A stretch of DNA of 46,206 bases from Hydrurus foetidus (Eukaryota). A model generated the notes under the pieces. That model was not told where the DNA came from and searched no databases. It saw nothing but the letters and a program-made list of their open reading frames with translations. The translations under genes were made by a program, and so were the position numbers. The first letter of the stretch is position 1; every line of letters starts with the position of its first letter. This document shows, in pieces, positions 1 to 10,245 of the stretch. The stretch spans positions 1 through 46,206 of the forward strand of contig UYFQ01000069.1 in assembly GCA_900617105.1 (NCBI GenBank), written 5' to 3'.

Positions 1-310
1 TATTTTATCAAGATACGTATACTATAGAGAAACCAAAATGGATGTTGATAATAAATCTTCATTCTATGCTTTGCTTCAAATATTAAGCTCGCCAACCGAA
101 GCGCATCATAATATTGTTTGTGATGCTCTTCGCCCATTACTTGTGAAGGAAGATGACTTGTACTCATGTGTTAAAAACCTCAATCATGCCATACGTCTGC
201 TGCGTCACCATAGCCAATCTCCTCGTATGAGTATACTGTACATATTGATACACGATGAATTGTTCGGTAACTCGCAACAATCTCACAAGTATGTGCGCTC
301 TTCTGACTGA
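1..310 (+). CDS. 3' end of an accessory gene of Tc1-like element 1 (5'-truncated by window edge), unknown function
   Basis: Frame is open from base 2 to TGA at 310 and converges on the transposase stop at 352. It aligns by hand to the C-terminus of the 12172-12889 exon of element 2 (25/79 identities, one gap). Confidence 0.65.
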   Translation, partial: ILSRYVYYRETKMDVDNKSSFYALLQILSSPTEAHHNIVCDALRPLLVKEDDLYSCVKNLNHAIRLLRHHSQSPRMSILYILIHDELFGNSQQSHKYVRSSD

Positions 311-351
311 TGTAAAGTAATGTAATCTTTGGTTGACTCAAAAATATTTAA

Positions 352-1565
352 TTAGTTTTTAGCACGCTTTCTCTCCTCTGGTGTGACATTAATATGACAG
401 TGAGTAAAAAAGTTACAAGCAGTATCACCTGAGGTGCAGTTATATAAAACTTTCTCGAAATTCTCAGCGAGTGGAAAGTTCGGATCATCTAACGGAAAGT
501 GAGCACGACAGTAGTCTTTTGCTCTGTGGGAGACAAGCTCAATCGGGTTGTAGTCATAACTGTATGGCTCAAAGAATACAGGGATAACACCATGGATTTG
601 ACATAAAGTTGTTATCGCAGCTTTGTTATGCACAGGTGCGTTATCATTAAAAAGCACACTCTTTCCAAGAGGAAATGGGTTCATCAAGGGCAGTATACAA
701 TCTTCTAAGACACGCAGGTAAGTATCCCCATCAATTGTTTCCTCGTGCATCGATACTACTTCTACTCCTTTTGTTGACATTGCAGCAATCACTGAGCAAC
801 TTCCTAACACGATTTGTGAATTGAATTAATTGAGAATTATTTTGACTTTAGTTTATTATAATGGACTCGCAAATTACCTCGATGACCGTGACGATTATAC
901 AAGCGCACGAATGCACGAACATTGACAGAAGATCGGCCATAACGGCGTCTAATTGACTTTTCTGTGAGATGGCTGTACGGATGATGGACACAATGAGCGA
1001 TTACCATATTCAAAGATGTCATACAAGATTACATTTACCTTTCATCCACATAAAATCTCTGCTCAGCAGTGTATCTGCTTGTTATCCTTAGAAATTCTTG
1101 CCTTTTAACCTCGTTTTGCTCTCGAGCATGGACCTCCAGTACCTTCCGAGTCATGTTACGACTCTCTAGGGCGATCCATATTTGACTGGTAGTGTAGGCC
1201 GGGTAACCAGCACTAAACAGGAAATCAGCCATTTCATTAAGATACAAGGTTGGGTCAGTTTGCAACTCCTGCAATAGTAGCTCTAACTCAATCGTTGGAA
1301 TTCCTACCCAGTTCTTACTGCCACGACCTCTTTGACGAAGATCTGTGATCGCATGTGTTCCAATAAATTCAAGATGATTGACTACAGTTAAATTTAGATG
1401 GATGTCACCTAATGATCCGGTTTCTAACCGTAGACGTATCGACCTCCAGATGGTTCTGACTGAGCAACCATAAAGAAGAGAAGCTTCTGCAGCATTTCGC
1501 CTGTTATGGCCTCTTGAATCCATGTAGTCCAAAATAAGTTCTCTGACTCGAATAGTCAGCGTCAT
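352..1565 (-). CDS. Tc1/IS630-family DD34E transposase, 4 exons (1565-1409, 1342-1039, 972-878, 803-352), 335 aa
   Basis: GT-AG introns join a stop-free frame. N-terminal HTH-like segment (YGCSVRTIWR) and catalytic motifs YVDES, FNDNAPVH and YSYDYNPIE, with 34 residues between the second D and the E. Confidence 0.9.
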
Positions 1566-1985
1566 GACAGATGACGTGCCGGCTGGTTGGTTGTAGGAGA
1601 AGAATGATTGTGAATGGTAGGATTCTGCTGTGTGCGAAGTTGAGTTCTCTGATGGCGCGCCTGATCTGTACAGTTCCCTGGGGGGGATCTGCTGCCAATT
1701 AAAAGTCAAACCACAATAGTTTACCACTGTAAGGTCAATCCATACGGTTGGACGAAATACGAAATACAAAATAGAAAAACACTGTAATCCTCCGGGTCAT
1801 CGTTTGTTATGGTGGAGGATCCGAAATACAAAATGAAAAATTATGTTTTTCGTGATCCTCCGGGCAGTTGCTTGACAAAATTTGGCTCCAGATTCTCCGT
1901 GACAAAATGGCGTGACAGAATAGGAATTATTCACATTAAATTTAAGAAATCATCAGTTTTAAGCAATAACAATTAAGTTGCAGCT

Positions 1986-3549
1986 ATGGAAAAGTCACCA
2001 AAACTTCGGGACTGCATTGGTGAGGATGGGTATCCAGATTTGGAAAGTTATGTCATCTTTAAGAAGAGGCGCGATGAGCTATTAGAAGAAAACGAGGCTG
2101 CCGAACCAGTTCCACCAAAGAAAATGCCCTTTCGTAACAGAAATAACGAAGGATACAATCCTAATGACTGCTTTGAGTCAGATTGGTATCGCAGATACGT
2201 CAGATTCCCTGATCAACCACTAAATAAGAAGCATATGAATCTATTTAGAAGAAGATTTAGAATGCCTCACACTGCATTCTTAGATCTAGTGAGGGAGGCT
2301 AGAGAAGATAAGTGGTTTCCTGATTATGAAAGACGTAACGCTCTTGGGGAGATGGGCATTTTACTGGAAATATTGATTTTGGGAGCACTACGTTACCTGG
2401 GAAGGGGCTGGACTTTCGATGACCTCTACGAGGCTACAAGCGTCTCTGAAGAAGTACATCGTCGATTCTTCAAAGTATTCGTTGTAGCCTGCCGCAAACA
2501 TCTCTATCCCAAGTGGGTGAAGAGGCCGGAAACTCCTGAGGAGATAGAAGACTGTATGTCTGAATATGCTGAGGCTGGTTTTGATGGGTGTATTGGGTCA
2601 GCGGATGTTACACATATCATATTGGAGAGGTGCCACTACAAGCTTAAGAATCAGAATTTAGGAGGGAAAAGTTCTCATACGACGCGTGCATTCCAAATCG
2701 TAGCCAATCATCGACGCCAGATTATTGCGTCAACAGTTGGATATCCCGGAAGATGGAATGATATGACGATAGTGCGATTTGATGGATTTGTGACTGACAT
2801 GCAGAATGGTACTTACTTGAATGATCACCAATTTACACTGAAAGATAGCGAGGGAGAAGATGAAAATTATACTGGGGCCTTGTGGATAGGGGATATTTAA
2901 ATTGGCCCACACTTATATGTCCCTTCAAAAATTCACAGTCGAAGAAAGAACAGCGTTGGTCCAAATGGGCCGAGTCTATGAGAAAAGACGTCGAATGCAC
3001 CTTTGGAATACTAAAAGGTAATTGATAATAATTCTTTAATATATTCGTTAATATGTTTAATATATAATCACTATATTCATAGGGAGATGGAGAATTTTAA
3101 AATCAGGAATCAGAGTTCATGGGATCGAAGCTGCTGATAACATTTGGTTTACTTGCTGTGCCCTACACAACATGTTACTGAATGTTGATGGATTAGACAA
3201 GAAGTGGAAAAAAGGTGTACCAAGTCCTTTTGAAGGTGAATTAGGGTGGCATGCCGTAGGTGATGTTGAAACTTATGCCCCTCTTATATTTCGTAGAGTT
3301 AGAGATGGATGTGATATCAGAGAACTTGATACTTCAAAGTTTGCCCGAGGCAATGATTTATGTAATAATCTTTTAGACAACCGAGAAGAAGAAATAAAAA
3401 ACTTAAAAAAGAGTGGAGAAGAAAATACTTATAAAATATTAAGAATGAGAAATAAAGATTTTAGAGACAAATTAGTAACTAGTTTTCATAGGAGGTGGGC
3501 AGTTAAAGATATAGTATGGCCTTCAAGAACAGGCAAAATGAAAGAGTAA
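1986..3549 (+). pseudogene. PIF/Harbinger (DDE_Tnp_4-type) transposase, frameshifted near 2880, intron 3018-3082
   Basis: Motifs FRRRFRMP, GCIGSADVTH and PGRWND. After a frameshift: VDRGYLNW...SMRKDVECTFGILKG|RWRILK, then CCALHN. Confidence 0.88.
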
Positions 3550-3585
3550 ATTAATAAAATATTATTGAATTGTAAATAAAACATA

Positions 3586-5518
3586 TTAAACCATCTTTGA
3601 AATTGTACTTCTTGTTACGCCTCTTGTCTTCACTTTTGAGATCGTGGAACTGGTAGTGCCGTAATGTTTCGCACATGCAATGTTGTTCGCCACGTCTCTC
3701 CTGATACGCTCTTGTGCCAGGTATTCCTCGTCTTCACGATCTCTTTGCTCTCTCTCACTTATGGTCAAGGAATCTCTTGGTGGGTAAGGATTCACGGTTT
3801 TGATAGTATTGAGATATGGCTGTATGAACTCTAGTTCCCCCTCTGTGTCTTCTTCTTCGTTATTTCGTCTGTCTTCTTTCTCTCTCTTTTCCTTCTCAAT
3901 CATCTCCTTCACTATTCTCTCTCTACTCACAGTTATCGGAATCCTTTTCTCTTTCTGGTTCCTCTACGATAAAGTCATTGGGATCATAGTACTCAGAGTC
4001 CTGGGTTAGAACCACAATTTTGGCAGGTATGGTTTCAAATTCCTTTGTAACATAAAGTTTCTGGACCACGGAATTAACCTTAGAGGCAGTGGTTATCTTC
4101 GTCTGAGGGATTATTTCAGGAGCCGGGGTCGTTCGGACTGATGGTAATTTTGATGGTGGGATAATAGGTTTAAGTAGCAATAGGGTGGGGGCAATTTCTC
4201 TAGCGTATTCATCCATGATACTATACCAATGATCTGTTTGTTCCTGGGTATTAATGGAACGGACCGCCATTTCTTTCGCCACATTGAAACTTTCCATTAG
4301 ATTCTTACGGTAAAATTGATCCTTTATCACACTTGTCTCCTCACGGGCAATACCAAATTTCTCAATGTGATGGGCTGACATGCCTCGTCCGGGTTCTGTA
4401 TCCCTGTCCTGATTGATCATCTTGATCTTGGTTGATGCGTTGTTGGCACAGTTCATATTCTTGTATCGTTTCGCTTGCTCATCTATTCCCTTAGAGTCGA
4501 TAGAAAGGCATGGAGTGTTATCGAAATTGTCTGCCATAACTCCATAAGGGCCGTAGAGGATGAAGAATAAGGTACACGCTGGATAGAAGTTGTTTAAAGA
4601 TCGTGGAATCTCTTTTTTAACCACTTATTTTTCCTTCACATATTCCTCTTCGTCATCAAACTCATTGTCGTTCACGTCGTCATCTATAAAAGTAAGGTAT
4701 AGCATGAATTAAATTTTGCCAGCGTTTTCCCTGTAAATTGACTTGATTTAAAAATATAATAACATCAACGGACTTTGCGAAAACATCCATATGTCAAATA
4801 AAATGTTGAAATGCATACAAAAGTCACTAATGAAGAAGTTTTTACCTGACGCCCCTTGATCGCCTTGATCATCTATATCCTCATCATTGACCTCGTCTTC
4901 CACCACCTCATTGGAGGTCAGAGCACGCGCTCTCTTCAAGACATGCTGTAAAGCATTATTTTCATTCATTCCACTCGGCATTTGACCATCGATTAGAAAC
5001 TCAACCCACAATGCCAACATTTTCTTCGCTTCCATCAAACACGCTCTGCCTTTCTCAAGAATTTGTCGGCCCGTTATCAAATTTTTGCCTTTGAGCGTTG
5101 GACGAAGGATGTAATAGCTCAGTTGTGCATGAGACAATCCAGACAAATGACCAAAGCCTGGAGCAATAACGTTGTCATCCCACAAGACGCCGAATCGTCC
5201 GTCGCCCTGGAGAAAACTAGCAGCTACACCGATGTTATCTTCATCGAATCCATGATAATATCGAGCGCATAATTCTCTAAGTCCGTCAGTGCTGTCCGTG
5301 ATTCCTTCCAGTACCGAGTTGTACGCTGCTGCTGACAACAGATGGTGGAAAGCTTTCTGTTGTTTTGCGTTGATCGGAGGTGGCGGACCAGATTTAGCAA
5401 CGACCTTCAGAGTCTTTATTTCCTTGTTGACAACGGAAGACTCAACGACTTTCGTCGGCTTCATTTTCTTGGACGCTCCCGAAGGATGCGTATTACTAGG
5501 AGCGGCGGAACGCTTCAT
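3586..5518 (-). CDS. Harbinger second (accessory) ORF, spliced and probably frameshifted
   Basis: Three long minus-strand ORF segments inside the TIRs, convergent on the transposase. Basic N-terminus (MKRSAAP...KKMKP), acidic linker, probable intron ~4684-4845. No clear Myb/SANT motif seen. Confidence 0.55.
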
Positions 5519-5868
5519 CGTTTGAATAATATAATAATGACTACGAGTATTGTCGACAGCTAACTCAGATATGTGTTTAGTATTTCGAAATTGCATACGG
5601 AACGACAACCATACGAATTACAAAAACGATTAATTTTGTATTTCGTCGTTACATAACAAACGTGACTGGACGAAATACGAAGTACAAAAATGGACTTTTA
5701 GTTGATTTGTATTTCGTATTTCGTTTTACCATATGGACCGACCTAAAGCCAGGAATTACGCCACTCGCGACGGTACAGTATTTTGAGGAATATCACTCTC
5801 ATCTCGCCGGCGAAACGGAGATGACGGACAACACGACATCATTCTTTATTAAAGCCGTGTAACCGTAT

Positions 5869-5890
5869 AGTATACAGTATACTGTATACT
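5869..5890. repeat. Perfect 22-bp palindrome AGTATACAGTATACTGTATACT
   Basis: Self-complementary on direct reading; ~120 bp upstream of the recombinase ATG. Confidence 0.9.
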
Positions 5891-6011
5891 GTAGGCTGTT
5901 GGTAAGAAGCGGCTTGCAACCGCATGCAATTAATTGCTACCTCATGCAATAGTAATCACTACCGCTATTCTATCAGCTTGTTTCAGTTCTTCATCTGTTC
6001 ACGTCATTATC

Positions 6012-8242
6012 ATGAGCTCTCAGCATTTGGAGTTTAGGGAGTTAAAGGGCAATACTGCTCCCAGCACAATTGCTGGCAAGAAAATTGCGAAGTCAAATTT
6101 TAACAAGTTTTTAGTAATCACCGGCAATGATGCTCTGGAGGATATGACAGAGGAAAAGCTCTGTGATCCAAGTCTGCTACGGAAGTATGCTACATATTTG
6201 GTAGAGCACTACGTCACAAAGGACGATAAGCCACTGATGTGTGACTCTGCAAAGCAGTACATATCTGGTGCATTCAATACGATTAGAGATCGTCACCCAG
6301 GGAGTGAGAGCTACAGAGCAGGGATTACGCACGACTGGTATTCAAAAATGCGACAAGATCTAGACGCTGAAATCACTCTTCGTTGCATAGAACTTGGTGA
6401 AGAAGTGGCATCTAAGTCGTTTCCTGTTGGGCGAGACGTTCTTAATGACATCTCTAGTTTTTACCTGAGGGAGAACTCTGTTGAGTCTCTGTACCACCGG
6501 TTCGAATTTTGCCTACAGTTTGCATCTGGTGGAGGCCGTACGGGAGAGAGTGCTCTTGTATCCACAAATGGGTGTTACTGGGACCCCATACTGCAAGCTT
6601 TCACCCTAAACTGGAACCAGAAAAAGTTGCGTCGTCAAGACATTTGCAATTACGTCAATGATTGGAATCATTTCGAGATCGATTTTTATCATTCTTTTGC
6701 TGGATACCTCATCGTTAAAGGTGGAACACTGAAGAACTCTAGGGAGGTGGAGTCGCAAGCATCAAACTTTCTGCTTCCTCACCTATCTTCTCTGAAAGGA
6801 TCAAACGCCGCAGCCAAGCTCACAAGAGCAATACAGGATTTACACGGGAAGGTTAAGAATGTCCCATCGAACATTGACGGAACAAGTTTGCGGTCTGGTG
6901 CTATCCAGACGATGGCTGCGCACTCTACGACGAGCATGTTCCATGTTGCGGTACGATCCGGTCATCAACAGGACCTTAGCAGAGACTGCAGGGCTTTCGA
7001 GTACACTTGGTGTACTCCTTCTGCTACTTTAGTGGGAGGGATGGCGCTCGCAGGTTACAGCAACAGCGGACAAAGGTGTTACACAGCACGTTTGACCTTC
7101 TTCAATGACTTGTCTGGAGAAGAACAGACAGCATTGACAAATATGATGAGCCTTTTGTTTGACTCTGATCTCAATTATGGGAGTGCTAAAGACCCACTAT
7201 ATCACTGCCTCCTCGCTACAGTACTCATGTCTCTCGAGACTATGGTCTCAGACTATTCGATGAACAATATCATGGTTCAAGAGGTGGTCAAAACAGCGAG
7301 GCGTTTTAAGTTTTCATATCCTGATCTGATCGCATTCGGATCAATTGTGCGCAAGGATTTCCTTCAGCGCAATCTAGCTCATTTGCCGGCAACGGCATCT
7401 ATTCCTGAGGTAAGAGTGAGCTCCGCTTCCTTTAGTGTATGAGCAAATCATAATTGCCAATATCGTTTTATCGATTAGGTGCATCAGCTGTCAGTTCAGG
7501 AAACTGCTGTTACCACAATGGGAGATATTGTGGTATCTATCCGTGGTCTTTTGGGTGCACTCGTGAGGGGCTTACAGAGCGATAGCGCAAGCAGACTGGG
7601 CCTTGCTACAATTGCAACTACTCCTACTCCCGCTCCGTTTATCGCTCCTCGTGCTACACTTGTCCAGTCTTCCAATGATGCACCAGTTTACGAGATCAGC
7701 AGCATGAAGAGTCTGGTTGCAAAAACAGTGATGGTTAATTACATCATGTATTGTGTTGCTGATGCACCGCATAATCTTGTCATCAAGAATGCAAGATATC
7801 CCGAGAGAGACAGGATTAGGATCGTCCGAGTCATGGATTTCATGATGGCATTTGCTACAAGTGAAGAAAGCTCGACTTGAAAGCTCCTCAGCCACCAAAA
7901 AGTAATCCCCTGTGGACAACTTGGTTCAATTGCCTGAAGGGAATCTGTGACAAGCTCCAAGAGCGATCAATGGCAGCCATTCTTCACGCGGAGCAGCAAA
8001 CAATGACAGCAGTCGAAATTGGGAAGAGCAAACAGAAAGACCCATACATCTCCGCCATGGATGCACGGATAGGAATGTATGTCGACAAGGGCCCAAAGTG
8101 TGGGGTTAAGCGCAGTAGATCAGACACTACTACAGATGCAGCCGCAGGATACACGCGGTTATTCTCAACCCAAACAATTTCATTATCTGCATCATCATCT
8201 AGCTCAGCATCATCTGCTAGCTCATCATCAACCTTCGTCTGA
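6012..8242 (+). CDS. Crypton-like tyrosine recombinase gene (intron 7410-7478, likely frameshift ~7870)
   Basis: YR-type motifs GGGRTGE, (T)SLRSGA, RSGH and FEY in the correct order. No RT nearby. A phase-0 GT-AG intron joins ORF 7479-7880 in frame. Confidence 0.75.
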
Positions 8243-8369
8243 CCTTAAACTTTAATCTACTTTTTAATTCATCGATCCAACCTAGCACCTTTCTTATCGC
8301 GATTCACTATGACACTACACTGCGACCCAAGCGTAATACATCGCTCTGAAAATTGCTTATAGTTGCTGC

Positions 8370-9030
8370 TCTTGAGCTGCGGTGCTGTACTTGCCATGCT
8401 TGCGATGATTCCGATGCGGGTAGGGTTGTGAGAACAACTGTGATGATGTGCCGCTCTGACTATCGCATGATACATCACGGTGACTCACGCTTGTTTTGTG
8501 CTGTCCTGACAGTTGCATGAGAAACCACGGTGACTCCCACATGATGCGCCGCTCTGACTACCGTATGATAAATCACGGTGACTCACGCATGGTGTGCCGC
8601 TCTAACGATCGCTCGGATGTATTTCTGTCGAGTTGTGCTGCTGTGCTGTAGTCGCTATGCTTGCGATGATTCCACTGCGGGTAGAGTTGTAAGACTGACT
8701 ATCACATGATGCAGTACTAGGACTGATGCTTACTGCACTGCTCTGACTGCTGAGTGATACACCACTAGCACTGGCGCGCGGTGCGCTGCCCTGACTACTG
8801 CGCGGCAAATCACGGTGACTTTCGTTCCGTGCATTCACTCGGAGGTGTCCCTGCTCTGCTGCGGTGCTGTACATGCCATGCCGGCGATAGTTCCACTGCG
8901 GATAGAGTTGTAAGAACAACTATAATGAGGAGTGTCTCGCTTGAGATAGCCTGTTACATCTTGAAACTGCTCTGATTGTCGCATGACACAGCACATGGTC
9001 TGGTGCACTGACTATCACATGATGCAGTAA
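8370..9030. repeat. Degenerate tandem/dispersed repeat region
   Basis: Recurrent units (A)TCACGGTGACTC, GCCGCTCTGACTA and GATTCCAxTGCGGGTAGAGTTGT. Repeated peptides appear in minus-strand ORFs. Confidence 0.6.
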
Positions 9031-9937
9031 TGAGAAGGTGCTCCTGTTGCCAGCTGGAGATCATAGGCTGGTGTGACTGCTGGTGATGGTTCCAATTGGG
9101 GGGAGAGTTGTCAGAACAACTGGACTAGTCGGTAGATGGAGCGTTGCCGCTATGATTGATCAGGCTTCGAGGACATTGGACAGCAAAGAGATTGGAAGAG
9201 GCGCCGCAGTAGATTCCTTGCCGGCGTTGCCGCCAGTGATGATTCCAATTTGTCGGATAGTTGAGATAGCAACTGTGTACTAGGATGGTTAGGTCTGTGT
9301 CGACGACTGCTCCACAGATGAATTCGTTCGGATTAGTGCAAATATCAGATGGTGTCGAATGTTGCGATCATTAATTTGACCTCGGAACGATTCCCACGCG
9401 TCAAAATCTTCGATTTCCTGTTCAAGGTTGAAGAAGAAGTCAGTTCAGAAGTGAATTTCGTGTACTGCTGACGTTGAATGATGTCACCTGTGGATCATTC
9501 GATGATTCGAACTTTCTCTGGCGGAACTGAATGGATTTGGAGTACCCTGAAGATTTTTCTTCGTCAGAGGACAGACATTTCTCGCCGAAAAGGCGAATGT
9601 CTGACGCAGAGGAAGTGACTTTATGTCTTCTGCGTGCTCTCTACTTGAGTTGTGCTTGACGATTTGGATGACATCGAAGCAACTGAGCTGGCAGCTGCGC
9701 CAGGAAACCTGACATGAAAGTCCGTTTCGGAACTTCGAAAATTAGGAGTAATAATAAATTTCTTTGGTTGATATTAGGGGTAATAAGATCATCGGATAAT
9801 AGGAGTAATATTGAATTTATTTAGTGGGATTCTCTCAGGCGAAACAGCCATTTCGCCTGCGGCGAAACGGCCGTTTTGCCGGCGAAACACGCAATTTTTG
9901 AAAGAAGACGGTGGGGGCAAATATGTTGTGCAGTGTG

Positions 9938-10228
9938 CAGTGTGCAGTGTATTGTGGTTTCACTTTTGATCTGCACTGACCACTCCCCTGAACGGAATAT
10001 CCCGAACATTGACACACTCAACATCGTTACACACCAGAAATAGCAACTTCTGGCACACAGCACAGAAATCAATTCTGAGTAGCTGAAAACCTCGACAGTG
10101 TCAGAACAATCAAGGTAATGCTGTTCAAATCTGAAATCTGTTCAAAATTGAGCTCAAAATTCATCCGACAATAAGAGAACCCGTCATCTCACCATCATAT
10201 TTCGCATCTTTATCCTATTCAGGCAAAT
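9938..10228 (+). repeat. Left TIR of Tc1-like element 2
   Basis: Reverse complement of 14228-14506 plus 15225-15229; a few mismatches only near the outer end. Confidence 0.93.
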
Positions 10229-10245
10229 CTACGCCGCGTTCCTAA

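Larger units (their letters stand above)
1..1729 (-). mobile_element. Tc1/IS630-like DNA transposon 1 (left end outside window)
   Basis: Contains a DD34E transposase. Ends AAAAGTCAAACCACAATAGTTTACCACTG|TA (CACTG 1725-1729, TA 1730-1731). This terminal motif matches the TIR end of element 2. Confidence 0.85.
1733..5743. mobile_element. PIF/Harbinger DNA transposon
   Basis: Imperfect TIRs GGTCAATCCATACGGTTGGACGAAATACGAAATACAAA / TTTGTATTTCGTATTTCGTTTTACCATATGGACCGACC. TAA duplication at 1730-1732 and 5744-5746. Subterminal ACGAAATAC repeats and two convergent ORFs. Confidence 0.92.

Noticed and set aside
8370..9030. Repeat-spacer pattern resembling a CRISPR array
   Set aside because: Repeats are degenerate, spacing is irregular, spacers are themselves repetitive, there are no cas genes, and the context is eukaryotic.
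5803..9886. Short inverted match CTCGCCGGCGAAACGG / CCGTTTTGCCGGCGAA as termini of the YR element
   Set aside because: Only ~16 bp, partly self-palindromic, does not extend, and has no TSD.
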